Assembly (NCBI GenBank): GCA_045588145.1
Contig: JAZNDS010000034.1
Coordinates: 4,840-68,839 of the forward strand
Length of the DNA stretch: 64,000 bases
Direction of reading: 5' to 3'
Source of the DNA: Eubacteriales bacterium
GTDB lineage: Bacteria > Bacillota > Clostridia > Oscillospirales > CAG-272
In this document: piece after piece, positions 1 to 9,774 of the stretch
How the letters are laid out: every line of letters starts with the position of its first letter
Numbering within the stretch: position 1 is the stretch's first letter
Position numbers and translations under genes: made by a program
The notes under the pieces: generated by a model
The model's database searches: none
What the model was told of the DNA's origin: nothing
Seen by the model: the letters and a program-made list of their open reading frames with translations, nothing else

Positions 1-263
1 TATCCTCGACCTTGTCGCAGCGATCGCAAATGAAATGAACGTGGGGGGCAAGGGTCTTATCAAATCGGTCACGCTCGCAATCCGAAATACGGAGGATATC
101 GCCGTTTTCGGCCAAGCGGGTAAGATTGCGGTAGACGGTTCCAAGGCTGATGTTGGGATATACCTTTCGCAGATCCTCATAGATCATATCGGCCGAGGGG
201 TGGTCACACCGTGATCGGACGTTATCCAGGATCGCCTGTCGCTGCTGCGAATATCTCTGCACG
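1..263 (-). CDS. Fur-family transcriptional regulator (Fur/PerR/Zur-like). GTG start at 263; 3' end lies beyond the window start.
   Basis: Reverse-strand translation from GTG at 263 reads VQRYSQQRQAILDNVRSRCDHPSADMIYEDLRKVYPNISLGTVYRNLTRLAENGDILRI...HFICDRCDKV, a Fur-family winged-helix N-terminus followed by a CxxC motif. GGAGG lies 7 nt upstream. Confidence 0.7.
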
Positions 264-278
264 CCTTCCCCTCCTTAA

Positions 279-300
279 TAGTAATCATTATCATTATCTC
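279..300 (-). promoter_or_regulatory. Fur-box-like operator between the -10 element and the RBS of the Fur-family gene (autoregulation site).
   Basis: The minus strand reads GATAATGATAATGATTACTAT, which matches about 17 of 19 positions of the classical Fur box GATAATGATAATCATTATC. Confidence 0.55.
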
Positions 301-308
301 TTGATTGT

Positions 309-337
309 ATTGTAGCACATTTCTTTTTGCTTGTCAA
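309..337 (-). promoter_or_regulatory. Sigma-A-type promoter for the Fur-family gene.
   Basis: Minus strand carries TTGACA, a 17-nt spacer and TGcTACAAT. Confidence 0.5.
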
Positions 338-402
338 GGCGTTTTTTCAAAAAAATAAAAAAGATTTTGGATCCTTTTCCTTGCTTAAAAAAGCGAAAAG
401 GA

Positions 403-432
403 CCCCGAAAAATCGGGGTCCTTTTTTGCGAA
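403..432. terminator. Bidirectional intrinsic terminator downstream of uvrA.
   Basis: AGGACCCCG-aaaaat-CGGGGTCCT, a 9-bp stem flanked by an A-run and a T-run. Confidence 0.6.
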
Positions 433-435
433 AAA

Positions 436-3273
436 TTATTCTTCCTTCAGCTTTTCTTTTAAGAAACGGCCGGTGTGCGAGGCTTCGACACGGCTGACCT
501 CCTCGGGGGTACCGCAGGCGACCAGCGTGCCGCCGCCGTCTCCGCCCTCGGGCCCAAGATCAACGATATAGTCGGCGGTCTTGATCAGGTCAAGGTTATG
601 CTCGATCACGATCACGGTGTTCCCGGCATCGGTAAGCCGCTGCAGGATCCCGATCAGCTTTTCCATGTCGGCGGTGTGCAGGCCGGTCGTCGGCTCATCC
701 AGCACGTAGAGGGTACGGCCGGTATCGCGCCGCGAAAGCTCGGTGGAAAGCTTGATGCGCTGGGCCTCGCCCCCCGAAAGGGTGGTCGAGGATTGGCCGA
801 TCTTCAGGTATCCAAGGCCCACGTCATACAGCGTTTGCAGCTTTTTGGTGATAGCGGGGATCCCCGCGAAAAAGGAGAGCCCACTCTCGACCGTCATCTC
901 CAGCACCTCGTAGATGTTCTTCCCCTTGTAGCGCACCTCCAAGGTATCGCGGTTGTAGCGCATGCCGCGGCATACGTCACACTTGACGTATACGTCGGAA
1001 AGGAAGTGCATCTCAATGCAGCGCACGCCGTCTCCCTCGCAGGCCTCACACCGCCCGCCCTTGACGTTAAAGGAGAAGCGGCCGGGGCCGTATCCCTTTT
1101 GCCGCGCGTCGGCGGTCTTGGCAAAGAGGTTGCGGATCTCGGTGAAAAGTCCTGTGTAGGTCGCGGGGTTGGAGCGAGGGGTGCGCCCGATGGGGCTTTG
1201 GTCGATCGAGATGATCTTATCGAGGTGCTCCTGCCCCGTAACGCTTACACATTTTCCGGGGCGCGTGATCGCGCGATTCAGGTCCCGCGAAAGCGTATCC
1301 CGCACGATCGAATTGACGAGCGAGGATTTCCCGGAGCCCGATACCCCCGTAACGGCGATAAAGCAGCCGAGGGGAAAGTCAACGTCGATGCCCTTCAGGT
1401 TGTTCTGGGCGGCGCCCTTCACCGAAAGAAGCTTTCCGTTCCCACGTCGTCTTGTGCGGGGAACAGCGATGCGGCGGCGGCCCGAGAGAAATTCCCCGGT
1501 CTGCGAATCGCGGCAGGCGGCTACCTCGGCAGGTGTCCCCTTCGCGACGACGTAGCCGCCGTGAATGCCCGCCCCGGGGCCGATATCCACGATGTAATCG
1601 GCTTCCCCGATGGTCTCCTCGTCATGCTCAACGACAATAACGGTGTTGCCAAGGTCACGCAGGCGCTTCAGGGTGGCGATCAGCTTGCGGTTATCGCGCT
1701 GATGCAGGCCGATGCTCGGCTCGTCCAGAATATACATAACGCCCGTCAGTGCCGAGCCGATCTGGGTCGCGAGACGGATCCGCTGGGCCTCGCCCCCCGA
1801 AAGCGTTCCCGCCTTGCGGGAAAGAGAGAGATAATCCAGCCCCACGCTGCAAAGGAAGCCAAGGCGCGCGCGGATCTCCTTCAGGATCTCACGGGCGATC
1901 GCCTCCTCGGTCTCATTCAGCGAAAGGCTGTTCACAAACTCCAGCATACGGGCGATCGAAAGGCGGCAGATCTCGTCGATATTCAGCCCCCCGACCGTTA
2001 CCGCCAGAATGGCGTCCGAAAGGCGCCTGCCGCGGCAGGTGGGGCAAGGGATCTCCTCAAAAAGATCGTCATAGCCCTCGGAAAGGATCCCGCCCGTGTT
2101 CACGCGGCGGGTGATGGTGGGGATCAGCCCCTCAAAGGCGGTCACCTGCTCGTGCCTCTCCTTGCCGAAATAGCGTACCACATGATAGCGCTTGTCGGTG
2201 CCGTACAGCAGCGCGCGCTCGGCCTCCTCCGAATACTCGCACAAGGGGGTATCGAGGGTATAGCCGAAATCCGCCAGCATCGCGGCCGCGAGGGGCCCCG
2301 TCCAGCTTTGCTCGTTCATGGTCTTGAAGCCGTTGCAGGCGATCGCCCCCTCCCGAAGCGAAAGCCGCTTGTCGGGAATGATGCGGTCGGGCGAGATCTG
2401 GCGCTTTTCGCCAAGCCCCGCGCAGGCGGGGCAGGCCCCCTGCGGGCTGTTGAAGGAGAACATGCGGGGCTCCAGCTCCCCGAAGCTGAACTTATGCTCC
2501 TCGCACGCGTAGCGCTGGGAAAACTCCAGCTCGGGCTGGGGCTCCTCTCCCTCTCTTGCCAGGGGGGCCACGATCACGCGTCCCTCCGAAAGCGAAAGAG
2601 CGGTCTCCACCGACTCCGAAAGGCGGGCGCGGATGCCCTCCCGCATGATCAGGCGGTCGATCACCACGTCAATATCGTGCTTTTTGTTTTTATCCAGCTT
2701 GATCTCCTCCGAAAGATCAAGGCTCTCTCCGTCGATCCGTACACGCGCGAAGCCGCGGCGGCGGATGTCGGCAAGCAGTTTTTCGTGCATGCCCTTTGCC
2801 CCTCTTGCTAAGGGGGAGAGCACCAGAAAGCGGGTCCCCTCCGGAAGCTCCAGAATGCGCGCGACGATGCGGTCCTGATCCTGCCCTCTTATCTCCTTGC
2901 CGCACACGGGGCAGTGGGGGATCCCGATACGGGCGTAAAGAAGGCGCAGATAATCGTAGATCTCGGTCACGGTGCCAACCGTCGAGCGCGGGTTCTTTGA
3001 GGTGGTCTTCTGGTCGATGGCGATGGCGGGGGAAAGCCCCTCGATGGTATCGACGTCGGGCTTATCCAGCTGCCCGATGAACATGCGGGCGTAGGAGGAC
3101 AGCGATTCGACGAAGCGGCGGTGCCCCTCGGCATAGAGGGTATCAAAGGCCAGCGACGACTTGCCCGAGCCCGAAAGCCCGGTCATCACGATGAGGCTGT
3201 CGCGCGGCAGATCGATATCGATGTTTTTCAGATTGTTTTCTCGGGCACCCCGAATACGAATGGTTTTTGCCAT
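436..3273 (-). CDS. uvrA: Excinuclease ABC subunit A.
   Basis: 945 aa; begins [45 protein letters not shown] and contains two ABC ATPase modules and zinc-finger cysteines. Confidence 0.97.
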   Translation of the reverse strand: MAKTIRIRGARENNLKNIDIDLPRDSLIVMTGLSGSGKSSLAFDTLYAEGHRRFVESLSSYARMFIGQLDKPDVDTIEGLSPAIAIDQKTTSKNPRSTVGTVTEIYDYLRLLYARIGIPHCPVCGKEIRGQDQDRIVARILELPEGTRFLVLSPLARGAKGMHEKLLADIRRRGFARVRIDGESLDLSEEIKLDKNKKHDIDVVIDRLIMREGIRARLSESVETALSLSEGRVIVAPLAREGEEPQPELEFSQRYACEEHKFSFGELEPRMFSFNSPQGACPACAGLGEKRQISPDRIIPDKRLSLREGAIACNGFKTMNEQSWTGPLAAAMLADFGYTLDTPLCEYSEEAERALLYGTDKRYHVVRYFGKERHEQVTAFEGLIPTITRRVNTGGILSEGYDDLFEEIPCPTCRGRRLSDAILAVTVGGLNIDEICRLSIARMLEFVNSLSLNETEEAIAREILKEIRARLGFLCSVGLDYLSLSRKAGTLSGGEAQRIRLATQIGSALTGVMYILDEPSIGLHQRDNRKLIATLKRLRDLGNTVIVVEHDEETIGEADYIVDIGPGAGIHGGYVVAKGTPAEVAACRDSQTGEFLSGRRRIAVPRTRRRGNGKLLSVKGAAQNNLKGIDVDFPLGCFIAVTGVSGSGKSSLVNSIVRDTLSRDLNRAITRPGKCVSVTGQEHLDKIISIDQSPIGRTPRSNPATYTGLFTEIRNLFAKTADARQKGYGPGRFSFNVKGGRCEACEGDGVRCIEMHFLSDVYVKCDVCRGMRYNRDTLEVRYKGKNIYEVLEMTVESGLSFFAGIPAITKKLQTLYDVGLGYLKIGQSSTTLSGGEAQRIKLSTELSRRDTGRTLYVLDEPTTGLHTADMEKLIGILQRLTDAGNTVIVIEHNLDLIKTADYIVDLGPEGGDGGGTLVACGTPEEVSRVEASHTGRFLKEKLKEE

Positions 3274-3284
3274 AGTCTTTTCCT

Positions 3285-5267
3285 TTATTTTTCGTTTTCC
3301 GAAAGCTCTCGGATGCGGTCGCGCAGATACGCCGCCCGCTCAAATTCAAGCCGCCGCGCGGCATCCCGCATCTCGCCCTTTAAGCGCTCGATCGTCTTTT
3401 CCTTTTCCTTCTTCGAAAGCTTCTTTTTGGGCGTATCGGGGCGGCTCGTGTCCTCGTCTCCTGCCTTGCCAAGCGAGATGATGTCGCGGATATCCTTCAC
3501 CACGCTCTTTGGCGTGATGCCGTTCTTCTCGTTGTAGGCGCTTTGCACGGTGCGGCGGCGGTTGGTCTCGTCGATCGCTCGCTTCATTGAGCCCGTCACC
3601 GTATCGGCGTACATCACAACGCGGCCGTTTTGATTACGGGCGGCACGCCCGATCGTTTGAATAAGCGAGGTTTCAGAGCGCAAAAAGCCCTCCTTATCGG
3701 CGTCAAGGATCGCGACGAGCGACACCTCGGGAATATCCAGCCCTTCCCGAAGCAGGTTGATGCCGATGAGAACGTCAAACTTTCCAAGGCGCAGATCGCG
3801 CACGATCTCCATTCGCTCCATGGTCTCGACCTTATGGTGGATATACTTCACCCGAATGCCGACGCTGCCGAGATAATCGGTAAGATCCTCGGCCATTTTG
3901 GTGGTAAGCGTCGTGACGAGCGCGCGCTCACCTCGCGCCGTCACTTGCCGCAGCTCCTCAATGAGATCGTCGACCTGTCCCTCCACGGGATGCAGGCGGA
4001 TGCGGGGATCCAGAAGCCCCGTCGGGCGGATCAGCTGCTCGGCCACGCCGTCGCTATGCTCGTTTTCATAGGGGCCGGGCGTCGCGCTGACAAAGACGGT
4101 CTGTCCCATCTTCGCTTCAAACTCCTCAAACCGAAGCGGGCGGTTGTCGTAGGCCGAGGGCAGGCGGAAGCCGTAATCGATCAGATTTTTCTTGCGGGCC
4201 ACGTCCCCCCCGCTCATGCCCCGTACCTGGGGCAGCGTTACGTGCGATTCATCGACGAAAAGCAAATAATCCTTCGGGAAATAATCCAGAAGCGTATAGG
4301 GGGTCGATCCAACGGGCCGCCCCGCTAAAATGCGTGAATAGTTCTCCACACCCGAGCAGAAGCCCACCTCGCGCAGCATCTCCAGGTCGTAAAGCGTCCG
4401 CTGCTCGATGCGCTCGGCCTCCAGCAGCTGATGGTTTGCCTTGAAGTATTCCACCCGCTCACGCATCTCAGCCTCGATCTCACCGAGCGCCCGCTCCCGA
4501 TGCTCGCTTGACACCGCGTAGTGCGTGGCGGGAAAGATCGCGACGTAGCTCAAGGGGCGAAGCACCTCGCCCGTCACCGTATGGATCTCGCTGATGCGCT
4601 CGATCTCGTCGCCAAAGAATTCGATCCGCAGAGCCGACTCGCGGAAGGAGGCGGGAATGATCTCCACAAGGTCCCCATGCACGCGGAATTTGCCACGCGT
4701 AAGGTTCAGGTCGTTGCGGGTATAGCCGATCCCGACCAGCCGGCGGAGAAGCTCGTCCCGCTCCATCGTCTGCCCACGGCGGATCGAAACCAAAAGCCCC
4801 TCGTATTCCGCGGGATCCCCCAGCGAATAGATGCAGGAGACCGAGGCCACGATAATAACGTCGCGCCGCTCGTAGAGCGAGGAGGTGGCGCTGTGGCGAA
4901 GCTGGTCGATCTCGTCGTTCACCATCGCGTCCTTTTCAATATACATATCGCGCCCGGGGATATAGGCCTCGGGCTGGTAATAGTCGTAATAGGAAACAAA
5001 AAACTCCACCGCGTTGTCGGGGAAGAATTCCCGCAGCTCCGAGCAGACCTGGGCGGCGAGGGTCTTGTTCGGCTCAAGGATCAGGGTGGGGCGGTTGCAG
5101 CGCGCGATCACGTTGGCCATCGTAAAGGTCTTGCCCGATCCCGTTACGCCAAGTAAGGTTTGCATTTTTTTGCCGTTTTTAATTCCGCTCACCAGTTTTT
5201 CGATCGCTTCGGGCTGGTCCCCCGTCGGCGAAAAGCTGCTTTTTAAGGAAAAAACACCCTCTTGCAT
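3285..5267 (-). CDS. uvrB: Excinuclease ABC subunit B. Start taken at MQEGVFSL; the track ORF extends further 5'.
   Basis: Contains the UvrB helicase motif [16 protein letters not shown] and the C-terminal UvrB/UvrC interaction region. The RBS AAAGGAGAGG precedes the ATG at 5267. Confidence 0.95.
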   Translation of the reverse strand: MQEGVFSLKSSFSPTGDQPEAIEKLVSGIKNGKKMQTLLGVTGSGKTFTMANVIARCNRPTLILEPNKTLAAQVCSELREFFPDNAVEFFVSYYDYYQPEAYIPGRDMYIEKDAMVNDEIDQLRHSATSSLYERRDVIIVASVSCIYSLGDPAEYEGLLVSIRRGQTMERDELLRRLVGIGYTRNDLNLTRGKFRVHGDLVEIIPASFRESALRIEFFGDEIERISEIHTVTGEVLRPLSYVAIFPATHYAVSSEHRERALGEIEAEMRERVEYFKANHQLLEAERIEQRTLYDLEMLREVGFCSGVENYSRILAGRPVGSTPYTLLDYFPKDYLLFVDESHVTLPQVRGMSGGDVARKKNLIDYGFRLPSAYDNRPLRFEEFEAKMGQTVFVSATPGPYENEHSDGVAEQLIRPTGLLDPRIRLHPVEGQVDDLIEELRQVTARGERALVTTLTTKMAEDLTDYLGSVGIRVKYIHHKVETMERMEIVRDLRLGKFDVLIGINLLREGLDIPEVSLVAILDADKEGFLRSETSLIQTIGRAARNQNGRVVMYADTVTGSMKRAIDETNRRRTVQSAYNEKNGITPKSVVKDIRDIISLGKAGDEDTSRPDTPKKKLSKKEKEKTIERLKGEMRDAARRLEFERAAYLRDRIRELSENEK

Positions 5268-5307
5268 ACCGCCTCTCCTTTCTCTTTTTATATCATACAG
5301 TATTTTT

Positions 5308-5336
5308 ATTATAAGCCACCCGTATGCGCTTGTCAA
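5308..5336 (-). promoter_or_regulatory. Sigma-A promoter for uvrBA.
   Basis: Minus strand reads TTGACA-17-TATAAT, immediately downstream of a terminator hairpin at 5345-5375. Confidence 0.5.
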
Positions 5337-5344
5337 GAAAAAAA

Positions 5345-5375
5345 GAGAGTGAAAGAAGCGTTCCCTTCACTCTCT
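5345..5375. terminator. Intrinsic terminator following the Gfo/Idh/MocA gene.
   Basis: AGAGAGTGAA..TTCACTCTCT, a 10-bp stem flanked by an A-run and a T-run. Confidence 0.55.
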
Positions 5376-5384
5376 TTTTGCGGC

Positions 5385-6440
5385 TTACAGAAGGATCTCT
5401 TTTCCTTCCTCGCCCGATTGATATACCGCGTCGAAAAAGCGCATCAGCTCATAGGCCATCTCGGCGCTTGCCAGCTCCTCGACCCCGCCCTTCACGCAGG
5501 CGGCGAAGTGGGCGGTCTCATACGCGAAGTGGATCTTCATAAAGTCACCCTCCTCGCGGAGAAGCTCTTCCTCCCGGAAGCCCTCCTCCTCCAGCAGGAC
5601 GGTCCTTGTCGGCCGGCCGCTTTCGATCAGACCGCCGCCCTTGGTGCCCGAAAGCTCGATGCGGCAAGGCTCCTTTACCGTGCAAAGGGCCGAGGAGGAA
5701 CGGAAGACGAGCGGCGTTCCGTCACAAAGCGTTACGAAAACGGTGGACGAGGTCTCGACCGAGGAGGAAAAATCCCCCGTCGATTGCGAGGCCCAGGCGG
5801 CCCCCGTCAGCCTCAGCTTTGTATGCAGATCGGCGTTTTCGTAGCCGAGATAAGCGCGGACCGATCGGATCTTCGGATAGCCGAGGATAAAGAAGAGCGC
5901 GTCGATCTCGTGGATGGCGGCGTCAAAGAGCGTGCCGCCCTTGGTGTAGCGCTTGTCGTTGAACCAGCCGCCGGGGTTGATGCAGCGATTGACGCGCATG
6001 GCCTCCCCGTATTTGATATCCCCGAATTTTCCCTCGGCCGCCAGCCGACGAAGTGTGAGAATATGCTCGTCAAAGTGGCAGACAAAGCCGTACATCAGGG
6101 TAAGCCCCCGCTTATCCCGCTCCTTGATGCATGCGGCGATCTCCTCGGCCGACATAGCCGGGGGCTTTTCGCACAGCACGTGCTTGCCCGCGCGGAGCGA
6201 GGAAAGCACAAGCGGGGTGTGCGAGGAGACGGGGGTGCAGATCGAGACCGCGTCGATCTCCCCGTCGGCCAGCATCGCGTCGGTTTCGCTGTAAAATTTC
6301 TTAATGCCGTATTTCTCGGCGACCGCGCGGGCCTTTTCCGCGGTGCGGTCACAGACCGCCACGACCTCGATCCCGTTTTTCTGATAGCCCTCGATATGAT
6401 AGGCGCTGATCGCGCCCCCGCCGATAATACCAACCTTCAT
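5385..6440 (-). CDS. Gfo/Idh/MocA-family NAD(P)-dependent oxidoreductase. Start taken at MKVGIIGGG; the track ORF starts at TTG 6494.
   Basis: Carries the Rossmann motif MKVGIIGGGAISAYHIEGY and the typical Gfo/Idh/MocA C-terminal domain. Confidence 0.85.
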   Translation of the reverse strand: MKVGIIGGGAISAYHIEGYQKNGIEVVAVCDRTAEKARAVAEKYGIKKFYSETDAMLADGEIDAVSICTPVSSHTPLVLSSLRAGKHVLCEKPPAMSAEEIAACIKERDKRGLTLMYGFVCHFDEHILTLRRLAAEGKFGDIKYGEAMRVNRCINPGGWFNDKRYTKGGTLFDAAIHEIDALFFILGYPKIRSVRAYLGYENADLHTKLRLTGAAWASQSTGDFSSSVETSSTVFVTLCDGTPLVFRSSSALCTVKEPCRIELSGTKGGGLIESGRPTRTVLLEEEGFREEELLREEGDFMKIHFAYETAHFAACVKGGVEELASAEMAYELMRFFDAVYQSGEEGKEILL

Positions 6441-6545
6441 AAAGGAAAGACCTCTTTTTCTTCGTATTGCCTCTATTATATCAAAAAAATTCAAAAATGC
6501 AAGATTTTCGCAAAAAAAATATAAGAAAAATAAAATTTTTTTCGG

Positions 6546-6574
6546 TTGACATTCATTTTCCGCGGTGCTATACT
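6546..6574 (+). promoter_or_regulatory. Sigma-A promoter for the PIG-L deacetylase gene.
   Basis: TTGACA-17-TATACT. Confidence 0.5.
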
Positions 6575-6603
6575 GGAGGAAAACCGATAAAGTGAGGATT
6601 TTT

Positions 6604-7458
6604 ATGAAGATTTTAATGATCGGCGCGCATCAGGACGACGCCGAGTTTTGCGGAGGCGGTCTGGCCGCCCTGTACCGTGAGCGGGGGTACAGCGTGCGCT
6701 TTCTTTCGGTCTGCAACGGCTGCGGCGGGCATCATATCATGAGCCCCGAGGAGACCTCGCGCCGCCGCGCGGGCGAATCGCGCGCGGTCGCCGCATACCT
6801 TGATATCGAATACGAGATCTTTTCGGATATCGACGATTGCTCCATCACCCCAACGCTGGAGCTTCGCCGTCGGCTTATCCGCTATATCCGCGCCTATTCA
6901 CCCGATCTTGTCATCACCCACCGTACGAACGATTACCACGCCGACCACCGCACCGTCGGTATGCTGGTGCAGGACGCATCGTATATGCTGACAGTCCCGC
7001 ACGAGTGCCCCGACGTACCCGCGATGAGAAAGATGCCGGTCATTATGTTCTTCGAGGATGGATTTAAGGTGCCGCCCTTTGCGGTATCGGTCGTTGTCGA
7101 TATTGACAGCGTCATTGAAAAGAAATTCAGGATCGCCGATCTGAACGTTTCGCAGGTGTACGAATGGCTCGCCTATGAGGAAGAGGAAACGCCGCCGCCC
7201 GCCGACCGTCCCGAGGAGCGCTTTGCCTGGTTAAAGGGCGCCGAATATACGAACGATACGACCGACGAAGAGGTCGAAGCGACCGAGCGCGGCTACGCCA
7301 AGCGGTACGCTATGCCCGCCGTCCGCTTCCGCCGCGAGCTGATCGAGCGCTATGGGGAAGAAAGAGGAGGCCGTGTCCGCTTTGCCGAGGCCTTTGGCGA
7401 AAGCGAGTACGGCGCGCCCCTGACCGAGGAAAAGAAAAAAGAGCTTTTCCCCTTCTGA
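6604..7458 (+). CDS. PIG-L/LmbE-family N-acetylglucosaminyl deacetylase with an acidic C-terminal extension.
   Basis: Begins MKILMIGAHQDDAEFCGGGLAA with the HxDD motif; the second half has further His/Asp residues. Confidence 0.85.
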   Translation: MKILMIGAHQDDAEFCGGGLAALYRERGYSVRFLSVCNGCGGHHIMSPEETSRRRAGESRAVAAYLDIEYEIFSDIDDCSITPTLELRRRLIRYIRAYSPDLVITHRTNDYHADHRTVGMLVQDASYMLTVPHECPDVPAMRKMPVIMFFEDGFKVPPFAVSVVVDIDSVIEKKFRIADLNVSQVYEWLAYEEEETPPPADRPEERFAWLKGAEYTNDTTDEEVEATERGYAKRYAMPAVRFRRELIERYGEERGGRVRFAEAFGESEYGAPLTEEKKKELFPF

Positions 7459-7522
7459 ATCGGCCTCAAAATGAAAAAAGGAAGAGAACACCTATGCGCT
7501 CTCTTCCTTTTTATTTGTGCTT

Positions 7523-7741
7523 TTACGTAAGCTTTCTCGGCGTTTCAATAAGGCCCGCCAGATAATCGATCGATACGTTATAAAAGCGCGCAAGCGTTTT
7601 GTAGTGCTCGATCGGCATTTGAAACGCGCCGCTTTCCCAACGCGCATATTGCTGCTGCCGCGTTCCCAATACGGCCGCTATGTCGGTCTGTGTCTTGTCG
7701 GCGTCCTCTCGAAGATCTCGGAGTCTTTGGTAAAATTGCAT
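7523..7741 (-). CDS. XRE-family helix-turn-helix transcriptional regulator (72 aa).
   Basis: Contains the HTH motif KTQTDIAAVLGTRQQQYARWESG. Confidence 0.85.
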   Translation of the reverse strand: MQFYQRLRDLREDADKTQTDIAAVLGTRQQQYARWESGAFQMPIEHYKTLARFYNVSIDYLAGLIETPRKLT

Positions 7742-7806
7742 AGTATATCCCTCAATATGAGCTACAAAAACGGCTCTCTTTTGTGTAGTAAGTAGATTAT
7801 ATCATG

Positions 7807-7876
7807 CAACATATATGTTGTATTTGACTTTACACCGTAAATGGTGTAAAATAGTTTAAAAACAACAAAAATGTTG
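7807..7876. promoter_or_regulatory. Divergent switch region. It holds two CAACA-N4-TGTTG dyad operators, 7807-7820 and 7863-7876, flanking a TTGACT-17-TAAAAT promoter at 7824-7852. The minus-strand TGATATAAT promoter of the XRE gene overlaps operator 1.
   Basis: Perfect palindromes CAACATATATGTTG and CAACAAAAATGTTG, plus a third dyad ACACCGTAAATGGTGT inside the spacer. Confidence 0.5.
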
Positions 7877-7893
7877 TAAAAGGAGGGATCGTG

Positions 7894-8259
7894 ATGAATG
7901 GAATTTTGGAAAAGCTATGGGATGACTATTTTTGTGAAGAATGCGCCCCGATCAATACGGAAGAGGAGCGCGAGCTGACGAAAAAGACGGCCGCGCTACA
8001 CAAAAAAGCGACCAAGCTCCTTACGAAGAAGCAGGAGAGGGCGGTCGAAGAATACATGGACGCTTTGATTGATCTGGAAGCGTTTTTTGTGAAAAAGGCG
8101 TTTTTCAAGGGATGCGAGGTTACCGCTTCGTTTCTCTTGGAAACCTGTGTGTTTGGAAAAAGACGCTGTGAGGAAAAAAGAGGGAGTAAAAAAAGAGCGG
8201 AGATCCCGCTCTTTTTTGCTATGTTTTATTTACAAAAAACGATTATTTTACGATCTTAA
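7894..8259 (+). CDS. Small acidic hypothetical protein divergent from the XRE regulator. A terminator hairpin overlaps its 3' end, so the true stop may lie earlier.
   Basis: ATG preceded by GGAGGG at 6-nt spacing. Reads MNGILEKLWDDYFCEECAPINTEEERELTKKT and is predicted helical. Confidence 0.5.
   Translation: MNGILEKLWDDYFCEECAPINTEEERELTKKTAALHKKATKLLTKKQERAVEEYMDALIDLEAFFVKKAFFKGCEVTASFLLETCVFGKRRCEEKRGSKKRAEIPLFFAMFYLQKTIILRS
8194..8218. terminator. Bidirectional terminator between the small protein gene (+) and the cupin gene (-).
   Basis: AGAGCGG-agatc-CCGCTCT followed by TTTTTT. Confidence 0.55.
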
Positions 8260-8734
8260 ATTTTTCTTCCTCTTTAAAGTCTACGACGATGCAATCGTTG
8301 ATGTAGGTGCATTCGGGGAGAACGACCATGGCGTACAGCTCGTCAACGTTCGCGGGCAGGGGGGCCAAGTGCCACACGCAAGCGTTCATCTTGACCACCG
8401 TGTGCTTCGGAACGAGGAAGGCCTTGGTATAGGCGGGGACGGGCGTGCCGGCCGAGGGCGGGGCCACGTGCAGGATCATATCGTCGTTCAGCGGCATCAG
8501 CACCTCACAGGTGGTGGTATGGTATTCGGCCTGGGTGATGATCATCTCCTCGGGCTTTTTGACGAGCAGGGGGGAGAAGGCGACCGTATGTCCCTCGTAG
8601 GCGACGAGGCGGTCGGGGAAGAAGCGGTGCAGCGCGCCGCAAAGCGGGTATCCGTCGGGATTTTCCATTTCATAATACTGACCGAAGGGGGCAAAGGCTT
8701 CCTTGGTCAAGGGCTCAAGCTTGATTTCTCTCAT
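8243..8734 (-). CDS. Cupin-fold protein that looks like ureidoglycolate lyase (AllA).
   Basis: Reads MREIKLEPLTKEAFAPFGQYYE, which resembles AllA N-termini (MKLxVEPLTxEAFAPFGDVIE). Strong RBS AAGGAGGAAACT. Confidence 0.65.
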   Translation of the reverse strand: MREIKLEPLTKEAFAPFGQYYEMENPDGYPLCGALHRFFPDRLVAYEGHTVAFSPLLVKKPEEMIITQAEYHTTTCEVLMPLNDDMILHVAPPSAGTPVPAYTKAFLVPKHTVVKMNACVWHLAPLPANVDELYAMVVLPECTYINDCIVVDFKEEEKFKIVK

Positions 8735-8904
8735 AGTTTTCCTCCTTTTCGCCCGTGGGCGATCCTTTCTTTCATTATAAAGAATCAGACGGAAAAAATC
8801 AAGCGCTTTTTGGAAAAGCGATAAAATCAACAAAAAATACGTTTTTTACTATGGTTTTTTTAAAAGGGATATGCTACAATGAAGAAAAAACAAGGAGTTA
8901 TTCT

Positions 8905-9774
8905 ATGGTTACGCGCAAAGATATAGCCGAGGCCCTTTTCCGCCTCGGGGTCAAAAACGGCGACATTCTCCTTTTTCACTCGTCCCTCAAAAGCCTTGGG
9001 GAGGTCGAGGGGGGCGCCGATGCCGTGATTGACGGTATGCTCGATGCCCTTTCGCCCGACGGCACGCTGGTGGCCCCCACCCTTGTGCAAAAGGATTTTC
9101 ATAACGCGTATAAAAACTGGGATATCAAAAAAACACCCTCCGACGTCGGGTATCTGACCGAGGTTTTACGCCTTCGCCCGAACGCCTATCGCTCAAATCA
9201 AGCGACGCATAGCGTCGCGGCGATCGGAAAGGATGCCGAAAGCTTGACGGTCGGGCATACCGCCTACGGCCCCCGTCATCATCTGTACGGCCGCTATGCC
9301 TTCTCGGAAAGCTCTCCCTGGCAGAAGATGTACGATCGGGGCGGAAAGCTCCTTTTCCTGGGGGTCACCCCCCGCTGCGCCACCTACCACCATTTCGTGG
9401 AGGCGCGTATGATGCAGGCTCGGATCGAAAAAATGCCCGAGGGGGGCGAAAAGCAAGCGCTGATCGGCCGCCTTGCCACCTGGGAGGATCGCGAGGAATT
9501 CACCCGCCAGCATAACGAGCGGCGGCTCAACGGCGTACCGATGACGGTGCTGGCTCCGATGATCACGGGGGATAAGGTCCTCTTAATGCAGGAGATCTTT
9601 CGTGAAAGAGGGCTTGAAAAAAGCACGACGTGTGGCAACGCGACGCTTCTTCTTTACGATGTGCGGGAATTTGTTGACGCAATGGAAAAATTGGCCTCCG
9701 AGGAGCCCGAAAGATGGTTCCCGCCCGAGGAGGCGGCGTGGTTCCGTGAGGCCGACGCCCTGATCAAACAATGA
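8905..9774 (+). CDS. AAC(3)-family aminoglycoside N-acetyltransferase-like protein.
   Basis: Reads MVTRKDIAEALFRLGVKNGDILLFHSSLKSLGEVEGGADAVIDGMLDALSPDGTLVAPT, which aligns with AAC(3) N-termini. Its stop overlaps the rlmH start (ATGA). Confidence 0.8.
   Translation: MVTRKDIAEALFRLGVKNGDILLFHSSLKSLGEVEGGADAVIDGMLDALSPDGTLVAPTLVQKDFHNAYKNWDIKKTPSDVGYLTEVLRLRPNAYRSNQATHSVAAIGKDAESLTVGHTAYGPRHHLYGRYAFSESSPWQKMYDRGGKLLFLGVTPRCATYHHFVEARMMQARIEKMPEGGEKQALIGRLATWEDREEFTRQHNERRLNGVPMTVLAPMITGDKVLLMQEIFRERGLEKSTTCGNATLLLYDVREFVDAMEKLASEEPERWFPPEEAAWFREADALIKQ

Noticed and set aside
475-2811. Many very long ORFs antisense to confirmed genes, for example 475..2811 (+), 10690..11958 (+), 12529..13518 (+), 16020..17057 (-), 19073..20305 (-), 27758..28750 (-), 29381..31216 (-), 33598..35115 (-), 38028..38792 (-), 39584..40795 (+), 42436..43476 (-), 43842..44597 (-), 44634..45647 (-), 47278..48081 (-), 50025..51332 (+), 52813..53919 (+) and 60928..61710 (+).
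   Set aside because: Each overlaps a gene whose product is confidently recognisable (uvrA, DUF1015, nifS, leuS, tsaD and others). Their translations are Arg/Gly/Pro/Ala-rich and low-complexity, typical of GC-frame artefacts in a ~60% GC genome.
5268-5336. LexA/Cheo box at the uvrBA promoter.
   Set aside because: The region contains CTGTATGATATA, which superficially recalls the E. coli CTGT-N8-ACAG motif but lacks the ACAG half. There is no GAAC-N4-GTTC Cheo box, so SOS control cannot be asserted from sequence.
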